64,000 nt of DNA from an uncultured Candidatus Saccharibacteria bacterium (GCA_964390845.1 CAYMIL010000002.1:33885-97884), one strand, 5' to 3'; shown: positions 9,808 through 20,157, counted from the stretch's first letter. Notes: generated from the letters alone by a model not told the origin. Numbers and translations are program-made.

Positions 9808-9837
9808 AAAAACCCCGCACACGCGGGGTTTTTGTTT
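9808..9837. terminator. bidirectional rho-independent terminator (CCCCGC acac GCGGGG flanked by A and T tracts)
   Basis: Serves rplT (+) and the convergent RNase gene (-). Confidence 0.65.
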
Positions 9838-11206
9838 AGCACGGCAACTCGTATACTTTCCCTCGTTCTGGGTACAGGGCGTTGACACCCACGTAATCTC
9901 GTAATCGCTGAACGAGAAACAAACCTGACTTTGGCTCACCCAGAACAACAAACACTTTTTGCACGGTCTCGGCAGTCTGCGCGACAAACTCAACGAGATG
10001 GTCGGAGTCTTTGTGGGCAGAATATCCGGAAATCGTTTCTATGGTCGCGCGCACAGGCACTTTTTCACCATTCAACACCACCTCTTTTGCACCATCCTGC
10101 AACTGTCGCCCCATCGTCCCCAACCCCTGATACCCAATAAGCAACAACGTATTTTTTTCATCAGACAAATACTGCGCCTCATGAAATACTACCCGCCCAC
10201 CGTTGGACATACCTGAGCCCGCGATAATAATTTTTGGGTTTGATGTATGACTAATCGCACGCGAGTCCTCACCTCGGATACTATTTTTAAGTTTCGGAAA
10301 ATTGAAAATATGATCGCCACCCGCAATATCTTTTCGTATCGCCGAGTTGAAATGTTCCTGTGAACTATACTTGTTATATATTTCAGTAATCTTGATAGCT
10401 AAAGGCGAATCAACAAATACAGGGAGTGGCTCAATTACCCCGTCCTCAACCATATTATTTATCTTGTACAAAATAATTTGTGTGCGCTCAAGCGAAAACG
10501 ATGGGATAATGAGCACACCCTTTTTCTCGATAGTGCGCCGTATTGTCTCTTCAAGTTTTTTGTCTGCGACATCCCTGCTTTCGTGGTTACGGTCACCATA
10601 GACGCTATCAACGACCAAATACGTGGCGTCTGTAACTGCTTCTGTATCCTTTAAAAGCGCCGCTGGAGAATTTCCCAAATCACCACAAAAAACGATTTTC
10701 TTTCCCTGATATTCAAACTCAAAAATAGACGAGCCGAGCACGTGCCCCGCATCCTTGAGCGTTACCTTGAAATCGTCTGAAACGCTTGTTGGTGTATGGT
10801 ATGGTATCGTCTTCCACAAAAGAAAAGCATTGTGCACGTCGGCGTCAAAATATAGTGGTGTGACACCCTTTGTTTTTGACTCTATTTCAATGATACGAAC
10901 CGCATCAAGCAACATGAGCTTTGCAATCTCCATTGTTTCCGGCGTTGAATAAATAACGCCCTTAAAACCGTCACGAACAAGTTTTGGGATTCTGCCAATA
11001 TGGTCGATATGCGCATGCGTCACAAACAACATATCGATCGTTGCGGGGTCATAGAGAAATTCTTTTCGATTCTCCCCCTCTGCATATGAACCACCTTGCA
11101 CCAAGCCACAGTCTACGAGAAGCTTCGTCTTGTCGCTCTCCAAGAGAAAATTCGCGCCCGTTACTGTACCAACACCTGTGCAAAATGTAAGTTTAAGCGT
11201 TGCCAT
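9836..11206 (-). CDS. MBL-fold beta-CASP ribonuclease (RNase J / CPSF-like)
   Basis: HAHIDH zinc motif; beta-CASP-like C-terminal half; start set at MATLKL. Confidence 0.6.
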   Translation of the reverse strand: MATLKLTFCTGVGTVTGANFLLESDKTKLLVDCGLVQGGSYAEGENRKEFLYDPATIDMLFVTHAHIDHIGRIPKLVRDGFKGVIYSTPETMEIAKLMLLDAVRIIEIESKTKGVTPLYFDADVHNAFLLWKTIPYHTPTSVSDDFKVTLKDAGHVLGSSIFEFEYQGKKIVFCGDLGNSPAALLKDTEAVTDATYLVVDSVYGDRNHESRDVADKKLEETIRRTIEKKGVLIIPSFSLERTQIILYKINNMVEDGVIEPLPVFVDSPLAIKITEIYNKYSSQEHFNSAIRKDIAGGDHIFNFPKLKNSIRGEDSRAISHTSNPKIIIAGSGMSNGGRVVFHEAQYLSDEKNTLLLIGYQGLGTMGRQLQDGAKEVVLNGEKVPVRATIETISGYSAHKDSDHLVEFVAQTAETVQKVFVVLGEPKSGLFLVQRLRDYVGVNALYPERGKVYELPC

Positions 11207-11606
11207 GATATGGTTTTTTATATCGATATACCGCAACCGCCACAACTACACCGCCAACAACATCCATAATCAAATCAAGGACTGTGTCGGGGACGTAGTT
11301 GGACACAAGAAATGTAATGCCTGTCACATATTCAAAAACTTCCCACAACACACCAACGACAAGCGCCCCCAACACAGACACACTCACCACATATACAATA
11401 TCTGTGCGTGCCGGCATAGAAAAATATCTGGAATAAAAACAAAGCCAGATACATACAAAACCAATCCATGCACCACCGAGAAAATGCATCAAAATATCAA
11501 ACCACGGAAGAGTCCAATACAGATACCAGTCGACAGCAACCACATGCAGAACCGCGATGAGCACAAGAAAGAAAAAACCGAAGATGAAAAGGGGTTTTTG
11601 AAGCAT
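11193..11606 (-). CDS. hypothetical integral membrane protein (4 TM helices)
   Basis: Hydrophobic segments; start chosen at MLQKPLF. Confidence 0.4.
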   Translation of the reverse strand: MLQKPLFIFGFFFLVLIAVLHVVAVDWYLYWTLPWFDILMHFLGGAWIGFVCIWLCFYSRYFSMPARTDIVYVVSVSVLGALVVGVLWEVFEYVTGITFLVSNYVPDTVLDLIMDVVGGVVVAVAVYRYKKPYHGNA

Positions 11607-11898
11607 GGTGTACCGTGTTGGGTATACACCTATTGTACCGTCTTTGTCCCCCAATTAAAACATCCGCTCGCGCGGATGGTTTAATGAGGGTTACTCGAGT
11701 ATATTGCCCTAGTCTTAAACTAGGTGGGTGCTCGCAACAACAATGCCAAAGCATGATGCGATATAAAGCTCCCTGAATATATCTTTAATCTAGATAATAT
11801 CCCAAATAACCCTGCTGTAATTATACGCCCATGCACTGTGGGCACAAATATTTTCTACTATTGCGATACAAAAGAAATTTTGACGCAAGAAATGCAGC

Positions 11899-11928
11899 AA
11901 AAAACGCCCCAACAAGGGGCGTTTTTTC
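11899..11928. terminator. bidirectional rho-independent terminator downstream of ndk (A6-CGCCCC-loop-GGGGCG-T6)
   Basis: Seen directly. Confidence 0.65.
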
Positions 11929-11944
11929 GACCGACATTCATCTC

Positions 11945-12559
11945 CTACTCAAAAATACCATCCAAATTTACATCATAGAGCATCGCATCCTGAATCAATC
12001 GGTAATCGATAAGCTCTTTCTCTGAAAACCAATGCTTGATCTCGTTTTCCGCCTCTGGTACCGTGCCTGATGCGTGCACAAGGTTGCGCACCGCTCGACC
12101 ATCTGTGTCTGCCATCATGTAGGAGTCGAGCACGAAGTCTCCTCGGATCGTTCCGACATCTGTGCTTCGAGGCTCGGTACCACCTGTAATTTTTCGCACA
12201 ATAGCAACCGCATGAGCGCCCTCCCACACCATAAGCACCACAGGGCCACTCGTCATGTACTTCTTGAGATTGTCGAGTACGATACGAGTAATCTCAAGTG
12301 GGTCGTTGGTAGCAAGCACTTCCCCCTTTTCCTGAGCCGCCTTGATGCGCTTCTCGCCGGTAATACGTCGCCATTCTGGGTCAAGTGTATAGTGTTGCTC
12401 AATCTGCTCAGCCGATGCCGCCATCATTTTCATAGCAACGAGCTTGAGACCCGCGCGCTCATATCGCTTAATAATTTCTCCAATGAGCGTTCGCTGTACG
12501 CCATCCGGCTTGATAATCACAAGTGTTCTCTCTTTCTTTGGGTGTTGTTCCTTTGTCAT
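11945..12559 (-). CDS. ndk: nucleoside diphosphate kinase (long form, 204 aa)
   Basis: ERTLVIIKPDGVQR...; about 55 aa longer than canonical NDK (internal insertion and C-terminal extension). Confidence 0.85.
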   Translation of the reverse strand: MTKEQHPKKERTLVIIKPDGVQRTLIGEIIKRYERAGLKLVAMKMMAASAEQIEQHYTLDPEWRRITGEKRIKAAQEKGEVLATNDPLEITRIVLDNLKKYMTSGPVVLMVWEGAHAVAIVRKITGGTEPRSTDVGTIRGDFVLDSYMMADTDGRAVRNLVHASGTVPEAENEIKHWFSEKELIDYRLIQDAMLYDVNLDGIFE

Positions 12560-12601
12560 ATGGCTATACTCTTAATATCCCGTAAGTATAAATGCTGTCT
12601 G

Positions 12602-13369
12602 CTAGCGAGTCAAAATTTCTGGGTCGCCGTCGGTAATTAGAATAGTGTGCTCGCAGTGCGCACTGCGCTTTCCGTCGCGTGTGCGATATGTGTATCCATC
12701 GCTGTCGAGTTTTGTCCTGCCCGTACCCTCGCAGAGCATCGGCTCGATAGCAAGCACCATACCGGGCTTGAGTGTAATCCCTGTACCCTTTTTGCCAGTG
12801 TTTGGCACATATGGGTCTTCGTGCACGGCATAGCCCACACCATGCCCCGCGAGCCCTTCAGCATGAGAAAAACCAAACGGCTCCACAAACGACTCTATAG
12901 CGTGCCCAATATCCCCAATCTTATTGCCCGCTCGAGCGGCAGAGATACCGCGCATAAGCGCTTCGCGTGTTGTTGAAATAAGCAGACGAGCTTGCTCATC
13001 GACACGTCCCACCGGTACAGTAATTGCCGAATCTGTAAACAGACCTTCATGAATAATTCCCATATCAAGAGACACGATGTCTCCTTCTTTAAGGGTTTTT
13101 GGCTGTTCATTTGGAATACCGTGCACGATTTCGTCATTTATCGAAACACATAGGCTCGCGGGGTATGGACGGCGTGCACCATCTGGTTGATATTCTAGAA
13201 AAGAGGGTTCGTCTCCACCCTCCCGTGTAAGCGCAAGTGCCATCTCATCGAGTTCTTTTGTAGAAATACCCGGACGCACTGCTTTTTGAAGCTCGCGCAA
13301 AATAAACGCGAGGCGAGCACCACCTTCGCGCAAAATCTGTTGTTCTTCTTTCGTCTTTATCGTAACCAT
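12602..13369 (-). CDS. map: methionine aminopeptidase type I
   Basis: Pita-bread fold motifs (D, D, H, E, E ligands); canonical position after adk. Confidence 0.9.
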   Translation of the reverse strand: MVTIKTKEEQQILREGGARLAFILRELQKAVRPGISTKELDEMALALTREGGDEPSFLEYQPDGARRPYPASLCVSINDEIVHGIPNEQPKTLKEGDIVSLDMGIIHEGLFTDSAITVPVGRVDEQARLLISTTREALMRGISAARAGNKIGDIGHAIESFVEPFGFSHAEGLAGHGVGYAVHEDPYVPNTGKKGTGITLKPGMVLAIEPMLCEGTGRTKLDSDGYTYRTRDGKRSAHCEHTILITDGDPEILTR

Positions 13370-13965
13370 TATGAAACCTTCAAATGCGACACAATAAAAT
13401 TGTGCACGTCCTCCTTCCCCATTTCTCCGTTTACCTCAATAAAGTTGCAGTGTGGGTCGTTTCGCAAAAACTCAATACCTGGCATCACGTCAGTATCAAA
13501 CCAATCGAGCTTTTTGTTGATCGCATCAACAGACGCATCGTCTGCGCGGCCACGCGACATAAGATGTTTGAAAGACCATTCCCGACTTACGTTGAGAAAT
13601 ATAACATTGGCAGTATGTCCATAAAAATTGAACGCCGAGCTCATTGCCATTGCTTCAGTGAGAGAGCGCGGAGAACCGTCAAACATAACGTGTTCGTTGC
13701 CTGTGCTCTGCTCGACAAGCACACTCGCCCATCCCCACACACCAAGGAAATCCGCACCACGCTTACCACGAGTGTTTACGTCCTCGCAGAGCTTTCCCGT
13801 GTATGAACCGCCCTTAATGAGCTCGCGAAACCGCCCCCCACTTTCTATATACAAAACAGGCCGAGCTGTAGTATCGTGCTCCTTGAGGTATTCTTTGAGA
13901 AACGTCGCCTGTGTCCCTTTGCCACAGCCCGACCTTCCGATAAACACAAACATATGGGGATTCAT
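13369..13965 (-). CDS. adk: adenylate kinase (divergent)
   Basis: GRSGCGKGTQ P-loop, FDGSPRS and RxxDD motifs; secY-adk-map synteny. Confidence 0.75.
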   Translation of the reverse strand: MNPHMFVFIGRSGCGKGTQATFLKEYLKEHDTTARPVLYIESGGRFRELIKGGSYTGKLCEDVNTRGKRGADFLGVWGWASVLVEQSTGNEHVMFDGSPRSLTEAMAMSSAFNFYGHTANVIFLNVSREWSFKHLMSRGRADDASVDAINKKLDWFDTDVMPGIEFLRNDPHCNFIEVNGEMGKEDVHNFIVSHLKVS

Positions 13966-14005
13966 AGCTTAAGTGTAGCACCAAAGGACGCTCACTGTCT
14001 TGCCC

Positions 14006-15277
14006 CTAGTACTCTCGAATAGAAATCTGCGCCTCAATTTTCTTAATCAAGTCGATAACCACAGAGACGACAATGAGGAGCGCTGTACCACCAATAGAGA
14101 AGGCTGTAATACCCGTTCCTGCCTTCATCGCGAGAGGCAATACTGCGATTATACCGAGGAAGAGTGCGCCGAAGAGTGTAAGACGAGTAAGGATGCGTGC
14201 GATGTATGCTGATGTTGAAGGACCCGGGCGGACACCTGGAATAAACGCACCGCTCTTCTGCAAGTTTACAGAAATTGAATCTGGATCAAACGTAACTGCT
14301 GTGTAGAAGTACGTAAAGATAAAGACAAGGAAGAAGTAAAGTCCTGCGTGCACCCAACCATTATTGAGTGTTGCCAACACAGAAGATGCAACGGACTTAA
14401 ACGTATCACTGTTGATGTTCTGCAAGAAGCTGAAAATCATCTGCGGGAAGAGCAAGATAGACAATGCAAAGATGATTGGAATAACACCCGCTTGGTTGAG
14501 GCGAAGGGGCAAGTATGTTGATACACCACCGTATACCCGTGCTCCACGAACACGCTTTGCGTAGGTAATAGGGATCGGACGTTCTGCCTCAGTGATAAAC
14601 ACAACAGCCGCAATAACGACAAGCGTGATCACAACGAAGAGCGCGTATACAGGAATCTGTGCCGTATCAAAAATAAACTGAAGCTGTGCGAGACCAGCAG
14701 GAAGACGAGAAACGATACCTGCAAAAATGATGAGTGACACACCGTTGCCGATACCATATTCAGTGATGAGCTCACCGAGCCACATCAAGAAGACAGCACC
14801 CGCCGTAACGATAAGGATATTTACAATCTGCTCCTGGAAACTCATCACATCAAGCACACCGTTTGTACGAAGAAGTGCGAGAAAACCGTATGCCTGCACC
14901 GCCGCGATAGGAACAGTGAGGAGTCGTGAGTACTGGCTAAACTTTTTGCGACCAGCATCCCCTTCCTCCTGATAAAGAGCCTTGAGGCGAGGCGACATGA
15001 TTGTGAGCAACTGCATGATGATAGACGCCGTGATGTACGGGCTTACACCAATCATGACGATAGAAAGATTTGAAAAGCCTCCTCCAGAGAAAACGTTGAA
15101 CAAGCTCAAAAAGTCATTGCCTGTAAAGAGTGAATGGAGTCGATTTGGGTCAACACCAGGAATCGGTATTGTTGCACAGAGTCGGAAGACAACGAGTGCC
15201 CCGAGCGTAAAGAGAATCCTCTTTCGGATGATACTGTCCTGAAAGATGGTAACGATTTTATTAAAAAAAGATGTCAT
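14006..15277 (-). CDS. secY: preprotein translocase subunit SecY
   Basis: 10-TM protein with canonical SecY N-terminus and synteny after rplO. Confidence 0.95.
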   Translation of the reverse strand: MTSFFNKIVTIFQDSIIRKRILFTLGALVVFRLCATIPIPGVDPNRLHSLFTGNDFLSLFNVFSGGGFSNLSIVMIGVSPYITASIIMQLLTIMSPRLKALYQEEGDAGRKKFSQYSRLLTVPIAAVQAYGFLALLRTNGVLDVMSFQEQIVNILIVTAGAVFLMWLGELITEYGIGNGVSLIIFAGIVSRLPAGLAQLQFIFDTAQIPVYALFVVITLVVIAAVVFITEAERPIPITYAKRVRGARVYGGVSTYLPLRLNQAGVIPIIFALSILLFPQMIFSFLQNINSDTFKSVASSVLATLNNGWVHAGLYFFLVFIFTYFYTAVTFDPDSISVNLQKSGAFIPGVRPGPSTSAYIARILTRLTLFGALFLGIIAVLPLAMKAGTGITAFSIGGTALLIVVSVVIDLIKKIEAQISIREY

Positions 15278-15280
15278 GTT

Positions 15281-15715
15281 TTAGAGCGTAACACTACCAC
15301 CCGCCTTCTCTATCTTTGCCTGAGCGGATGCAGAAACCTTACATCCTGATACTGCGAGCTTTTTTGAAAGCTCTCCACCGCCGAGAATTTTTACTATTGG
15401 ACGACTACCTTTTCGTGCGCCCACAAGACCCTTCTCAAGAAGAATTGTTGGAGTAACTGCATCGCCAGCAGAAAATGCTTTGTCGAGATCGCCAACATTA
15501 ACAGCGGTTGCCTTTTCCTGAATACTTCGGAATGAGTATCCTCGGAGTTTTGGAAGTCGCTTAATGAAATCTCGAACTTCTGGACGGAGCTTTCCACCAG
15601 CACGCGCTCGCTGTCCTTTTGTTCCTCGTCCTGAAGTTTTTCCACGCTTTCCGCCACGGCCCACTGACTGCGCCTTCTTGTTTTTTGTTTTTCGTTTGAT
15701 GTTATGAATCTGCAT
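15281..15715 (-). CDS. rplO: 50S ribosomal protein L15
   Basis: Gly/Arg-rich N-terminus typical of L15. Confidence 0.9.
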   Translation of the reverse strand: MQIHNIKRKTKNKKAQSVGRGGKRGKTSGRGTKGQRARAGGKLRPEVRDFIKRLPKLRGYSFRSIQEKATAVNVGDLDKAFSAGDAVTPTILLEKGLVGARKGSRPIVKILGGGELSKKLAVSGCKVSASAQAKIEKAGGSVTL

Positions 15716-15726
15716 GGTCGTGTGTA

Positions 15727-16377
15727 TTATGCCGAAACAGTAGTGTCAGCAACTGGAGCTGGAGCAACCTTCTTTACTGTACCAAGTTTTCGAAGCGCTT
15801 CGATTGCTGCACGCGCGTTGTTAATTCGGTTTTTACTTGGAGAAAAGATTTTTGCGCCAATATTTTTGATACCCGCAAGCTCAATCACAGATCGTACTGC
15901 GCTTCCTGCGATAACACCCTTACCCGGAGCAGGCATCACGCGAACGCGTGAACTGCAGTACTTTGCCTCTGCATCATGAGAGATAGACATGTCTTTTGTG
16001 AGGCGAACTGTAATCATGTTCTTCTTTGCGTCTCGGAGTGCTTTTTCGATAGCAAGTGATGTATCACCCGCCTTTCCGATACCAACACCGACGGAACCCT
16101 TTCGGTTTCCAGCAACCATCGCAACGCTGAAACTAAATCGGCGACCTCCCGTAACCACACGTGTTACACGGCGGATGCTGATAATTTTCTGGTCAAACTC
16201 AGGCTTTGCGCGAGCTTCTCGTCGTGGAGCCTTTCGAGGGTTTTTCTGGAAAGAGTTGCGATCACGGCGGCCACCTCGGCGATCGTGCTGTGCATCAGCA
16301 GAAACAGGCGCGACAGGTGAAGCTGTCTCAACAACATCAGTCTGTGCAGTATTCATCGTGTTTGTTTCTTGTTCCAT
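15727..16377 (-). CDS. rpsE: 30S ribosomal protein S5 (N-terminally extended)
   Basis: IISIRRVTRVVTGGRRFSFSVAMVAGN...; immediately followed by rplO with no rpmD (L30) between. Confidence 0.9.
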   Translation of the reverse strand: MEQETNTMNTAQTDVVETASPVAPVSADAQHDRRGGRRDRNSFQKNPRKAPRREARAKPEFDQKIISIRRVTRVVTGGRRFSFSVAMVAGNRKGSVGVGIGKAGDTSLAIEKALRDAKKNMITVRLTKDMSISHDAEAKYCSSRVRVMPAPGKGVIAGSAVRSVIELAGIKNIGAKIFSPSKNRINNARAAIEALRKLGTVKKVAPAPVADTTVSA

Positions 16378-16380
16378 ATA

Positions 16381-16731
16381 TTAAAACGTTAGTCCACCTT
16401 CGCGCGCACCTTCTGCGGCAGCTCGCACTTTTCCTGTATACATATTGCCACCACGGTCAAAGACGACAGCAGTTACACCCTGTGCAAGAGCTTTCTTTGC
16501 AAGCTCAGCACCAGCCGCTCGAGCAGACTCAACAGGAGTCTTCCCTTTTACAGTGCGAGTAGAGATAGCAACGAGTGTCTTTCGTGCTGTGTCATCAATA
16601 ATCTGAAGATACAACGCAGTGTTTGTCTTTGATACTGAAAGTCGTGGGCGTGCTGAAGTACCCGATATCGCAGATCGGATTCGTGCTTGTCGGCGTGCTC
16701 GCTTTGCTGTTTTTATCTGACTCTTATTCAT
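16381..16731 (-). CDS. rplR: 50S ribosomal protein L18
   Basis: Sequence and synteny. Confidence 0.9.
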   Translation of the reverse strand: MNKSQIKTAKRARRQARIRSAISGTSARPRLSVSKTNTALYLQIIDDTARKTLVAISTRTVKGKTPVESARAAGAELAKKALAQGVTAVVFDRGGNMYTGKVRAAAEGAREGGLTF

Positions 16732-16736
16732 AAATA

Positions 16737-17291
16737 TTATGCGGCTTTCTTACCCTGCTTTCGTCGGACAACCTCATCAGAGTATCGGATACCCTTACCC
16801 TTGTACGGCTCAGGCTTTTTGAGCGCACGGATTCGCGCTGTAAACTGACCGACTACTTCTGAATCAATACCCGATACTGTGATAGTGCCCTTTTCTGATA
16901 CAACCTTAAGATCTGAAGGGATTGGAACTTTCACAGGGTGTGAGAAACCAAGACCGAGGATAAGGTCGCTTCCCTTTACTTCTGCTTTGTATCCAATACC
17001 CTCAATAACGAGCTTCTTTTCGTACGCCTTATTGACGCCCTTTACCATGTTCATTACATGAGAAGCGTAGGTGCCCCACAATGCTGGATTGGTGTTGCCC
17101 TTTGCAATAGAGAGCGTGATTGCATTGTCTGCAATAGCAATATCGATTCCGTTTCCGAAAGATCGTGAAAGCTCGCCAAGAGGACCTTTTACGGTAAACA
17201 CATCACCAGAGACACGAGCCTCAGTCTTTTCAGGAATCTGTATTACTTTTTTGCCAATTCGGGACATGGTTCTTGTTACGTTGATTACCAC
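16737..17291 (-). CDS. rplF: 50S ribosomal protein L6
   Basis: MSRIGKKVIQIPEK... Confidence 0.95.
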   Translation of the reverse strand: MVINVTRTMSRIGKKVIQIPEKTEARVSGDVFTVKGPLGELSRSFGNGIDIAIADNAITLSIAKGNTNPALWGTYASHVMNMVKGVNKAYEKKLVIEGIGYKAEVKGSDLILGLGFSHPVKVPIPSDLKVVSEKGTITVSGIDSEVVGQFTARIRALKKPEPYKGKGIRYSDEVVRRKQGKKAA

Positions 17292-17674
17292 ACTTTAAAC
17301 AAAGCCTCTCCGCCAACTTTCTCCTTTCGTGCCTGAGCACCAGTGAGAATACCTTTTGGTGTTGTGAGTACAAGCAAACCTGTGCCGTACTTCACTGGGA
17401 AAATATCTTTTGCTTTCTGGTAAATACGCTTTGAAGATTTTGAGATGCGCTCTACGCCGTTGATCTTTGGCTGACCCTCTGCATCATATGCGAGCTCTAC
17501 TTCAATAAACTTTGTGATCTTCTTACCCTTCTTTGAAACAGACTTAAGGAAGCCTTCTTTCTCAAGAACGGTCGCAATATCAAATTTGAGTTGAGAATAT
17601 GGGAACACGACAGACTCTTTGCGCACGTCGGTCGCATTCTTGATTCGTGTAATCATGTCAGCAATGTGGTCCAT
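17285..17674 (-). CDS. rpsH: 30S ribosomal protein S8
   Basis: MDHIADMITRIKNA... Confidence 0.95.
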   Translation of the reverse strand: MDHIADMITRIKNATDVRKESVVFPYSQLKFDIATVLEKEGFLKSVSKKGKKITKFIEVELAYDAEGQPKINGVERISKSSKRIYQKAKDIFPVKYGTGLLVLTTPKGILTGAQARKEKVGGEALFKVW

Positions 17675-17680
17675 AGTATA

Positions 17681-17866
17681 TTACCAAGAAGACTTCTTAA
17701 TGCCCGGGATCTTACCTTCGTTTGCAAACTCACGGAAACAGATACGGCAGAGATCGAAATCTCGCATATATCCGTGCTTTCGACCACAACGGAAACATCG
17801 TCGAACAACCCGTGTAGAGAATTTCGGGGTCTTCTTTGCTCGTGCTTTTACTGATGTTTTTGCCAT
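17681..17866 (-). CDS. rpsZ: 30S ribosomal protein S14 type Z (zinc-binding)
   Basis: 61 aa with CxxC...CxxC. Confidence 0.95.
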   Translation of the reverse strand: MAKTSVKARAKKTPKFSTRVVRRCFRCGRKHGYMRDFDLCRICFREFANEGKIPGIKKSSW

Positions 17867-17953
17867 TGTGTTATATATTCAAACAAAAAAAGCTCTAAAA
17901 AGCTTGTGCTTCATACTATCAAGTGAGTCTACCGTTGTCAAACAAACCAAGGC

Positions 17954-18535
17954 TTACTTCTTGGCCTTTTTTCGGCCAGCCGATACATCCTCCGACTTCT
18001 TGAATGGGAAGCCAAGATACTCGAAAAATGCCTTCGCATCTTCCGGTGTCTTTGCGGTAGTCACAACCGTGACCGCCATACCAAAGACGTCCTTGAGCTC
18101 CTCATCCGTCGTCTCAGGGAAAATCGTGTGTTCCCTGATGCCGAAGGTGTAATTGCCCATGGCGTCGATAGCTTTTGAGGAAACTCCTCGAAAATCCTTT
18201 GTTCGAGGGAGCGCTACGTGAACGAGCTTATCGAGAAAGTCATACATTCGCTTTCCCTGGAGTGTAACCTGAAAACCAACCGGGTCACCTTGTCGAACCT
18301 TAAATGCCGCAATAGAAATCTTTGCACCTTTCTTTGCTGGCTTCTGGCCTGTAATCTTTGCGAGACGATCCTCAACAAGGTCAATCTTCTTTTTGTCTTT
18401 GAATGATCCGACGCCCGTGCTTACCACAACCTTTACAAGGCGAGGTGCCTGCATTGGGTTGGTGTAACCGCGCGCATCCTTAAGAGCCGCAAACGCGCCA
18501 TCATTCTTTTCTTTCATTGTTTTAATCTTTGCCAT
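17954..18535 (-). CDS. rplE: 50S ribosomal protein L5
   Basis: Sequence and synteny. Confidence 0.95.
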   Translation of the reverse strand: MAKIKTMKEKNDGAFAALKDARGYTNPMQAPRLVKVVVSTGVGSFKDKKKIDLVEDRLAKITGQKPAKKGAKISIAAFKVRQGDPVGFQVTLQGKRMYDFLDKLVHVALPRTKDFRGVSSKAIDAMGNYTFGIREHTIFPETTDEELKDVFGMAVTVVTTAKTPEDAKAFFEYLGFPFKKSEDVSAGRKKAKK

Positions 18536-18544
18536 ATTCGTAGA

Positions 18545-18850
18545 TTACAGCGTTGTTCCGCTCTTTTTGCTTACCCGAACCTTCTTGCCTCCATCAACAG
18601 TAATACCGACTCGAGAACCCTTGTTTGTCTTTGGGTCCACAATCATCACGTTTGAAACATGGATTGGCATTGTCTTGTCGACAATCTGTCCTTTCTGCCC
18701 ACCCTTTCGAGGGCGCTCATGTGCCTTTCGGATATTTACTCCAGAAACAATGATTCGGTTTTCACGAGGAAGGGCCTTGATGACCTTTCCTGTCTTACCC
18801 TTATCCTTGCCGGATATCACTATGACGTTGTCGTTTTTTCGGATTTTCAT
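18545..18850 (-). CDS. rplX: 50S ribosomal protein L24
   Basis: MKIRKNDNVIVISGKDKGK... KOW motif; start trimmed from longer ORF. Confidence 0.9.
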   Translation of the reverse strand: MKIRKNDNVIVISGKDKGKTGKVIKALPRENRIIVSGVNIRKAHERPRKGGQKGQIVDKTMPIHVSNVMIVDPKTNKGSRVGITVDGGKKVRVSKKSGTTL

Positions 18851-18869
18851 GGTTGTAATAAAAAGGAGA

Positions 18870-19241
18870 TTATACGACTTCTGGAGCGCGCGAAATAATA
18901 GTCTGGAAACCAAGCTCTCCAAGCTCACGTGGAATCGGACCGAAAATACGTCCTGCGATAGGCTCGTTCTTTTCTTTTTCCAAAATAACTACTGCGTTTT
19001 CATCAAATCGGACATATGATCCGTCCTTTCGGCGGTATGCAGCTTTTGATCGCACAACAACAGCGCGAAGCACATCCTTCTTTTTAATTGTCTTTCGTGG
19101 TGCCGCTTTCTGCACAGAGAGAATAATAGTGTCGCCGATGCGAGCGTATCGCTTCTTTGAGCTACCAAGCACCTTAAACACTCGTCCGATTTGTGCTCCG
19201 GAGTTGTCAGCAATTTTAATAATGGATCGTGGCTGTATCAT
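18870..19241 (-). CDS. rplN: 50S ribosomal protein L14
   Basis: MIQPRSIIKIADNSGA... Confidence 0.95.
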   Translation of the reverse strand: MIQPRSIIKIADNSGAQIGRVFKVLGSSKKRYARIGDTIILSVQKAAPRKTIKKKDVLRAVVVRSKAAYRRKDGSYVRFDENAVVILEKEKNEPIAGRIFGPIPRELGELGFQTIISRAPEVV

Positions 19242-19247
19242 GGTCGT

Positions 19248-19490
19248 TTATATAACTCGAAACTTCTTATCTTTTGAAACAGGCGCTGTTTCTTCGATAA
19301 CAACGACATCACCAATTTTCTTTGTGTTACCAGCGTCATGCGCTTTGTATTTCTTGTGAAGCTTAATGTACTTGTGGTACTTAGGGTGCTTAACAAATCG
19401 TTGCACGCGAACAACAATCGTATCTTTCATTTTGTCTGATACAACAGTTCCCTTGAGGGTTCGCTTTGTTTTGTTCGCTGTATTATTCAT
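19248..19490 (-). CDS. rpsQ: 30S ribosomal protein S17
   Basis: Sequence and synteny. Confidence 0.9.
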   Translation of the reverse strand: MNNTANKTKRTLKGTVVSDKMKDTIVVRVQRFVKHPKYHKYIKLHKKYKAHDAGNTKKIGDVVVIEETAPVSKDKKFRVI

Positions 19491-19495
19491 AACGA

Positions 19496-19678
19496 TTATT
19501 TCTGTACTGCGTTAATCTCAGTAAGGATTCGAGCGATTTCTCGCTTGAGCTCCTTGCCTTCCTTCACATTACGCACCTTGCTACCCGCAAGACCGAATCG
19601 GAAATTTCGAAGTGCCTCTCGCTTGTCTGCGAGAGTCTTTTCGAGTTCTGTTGTTGTTTTTCCTTTAAATTCGGACAT
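19496..19678 (-). CDS. rpmC: 50S ribosomal protein L29
   Basis: Start trimmed to MSEFKG... Confidence 0.85.
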   Translation of the reverse strand: MSEFKGKTTTELEKTLADKREALRNFRFGLAGSKVRNVKEGKELKREIARILTEINAVQK

Positions 19679-19717
19679 GTGATTGTTGTATACTATCTTT
19701 TTCCGCCGTTGCGTCAA

Positions 19718-20140
19718 CTATCCAACGCGTGCGATTGACTTTGACTTCACCGGCAACTTTGTGCCAGCCTTTCGAAGCGCCTCACGAGCAGTTGCTTCAT
19801 CGACACCGTCAACCTCAAAGATTACTCGGCCTGGCTTTACAGGCACCTGATAACCCTGCGGATCTCCCTTTCCTTTTCCAAGCTTTACTTCAGCAGGCTT
19901 AGATGTAAATGGCATATCTGGGAATACTCGAATCCAGATTCGGCCGTTCTTTCCAAGCGCACGAGAGAGTGCCTTTCGAGCGGCTTCAATCTGGTTTGAT
20001 CGGATACGTGCCGCAGTAAGAGCCTTGAGTCCGTATGAACCGAATGCAAGCGATGTACCTCGAGAAGCGACGCCAGTCTTTGCTGGGTTCTTTCGGAAGG
20101 TATGCCACTTTCGATATTTTACTTTCTTAGGGAGTAACAT
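19718..20140 (-). CDS. rplP: 50S ribosomal protein L16
   Basis: MLLPKKVKYRKWH... Confidence 0.95.
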   Translation of the reverse strand: MLLPKKVKYRKWHTFRKNPAKTGVASRGTSLAFGSYGLKALTAARIRSNQIEAARKALSRALGKNGRIWIRVFPDMPFTSKPAEVKLGKGKGDPQGYQVPVKPGRVIFEVDGVDEATAREALRKAGTKLPVKSKSIARVG

Positions 20141-20157
20141 GGTCGTGTATTAAATGC

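Noticed and set aside
11661-11680. Hairpin CATCCGC-tcgc-GCGGATG upstream of the membrane-protein gene, considered as a terminator
   Set aside because: Not followed by a convincing T-tract on either strand. The clear ndk terminator is at 11899-11928.
15989-16562. Plus-strand ORFs antisense to rpsE/rplR, and the many similar 60-180 aa antisense ORFs across the ribosomal cluster
   Set aside because: Shadow ORFs opposite highly conserved ribosomal genes. No independent signals.
17619-18152. 177-aa plus-strand ORF overlapping rpsH/rpsZ/rplE
   Set aside because: Antisense to three well-supported ribosomal genes. Spurious.
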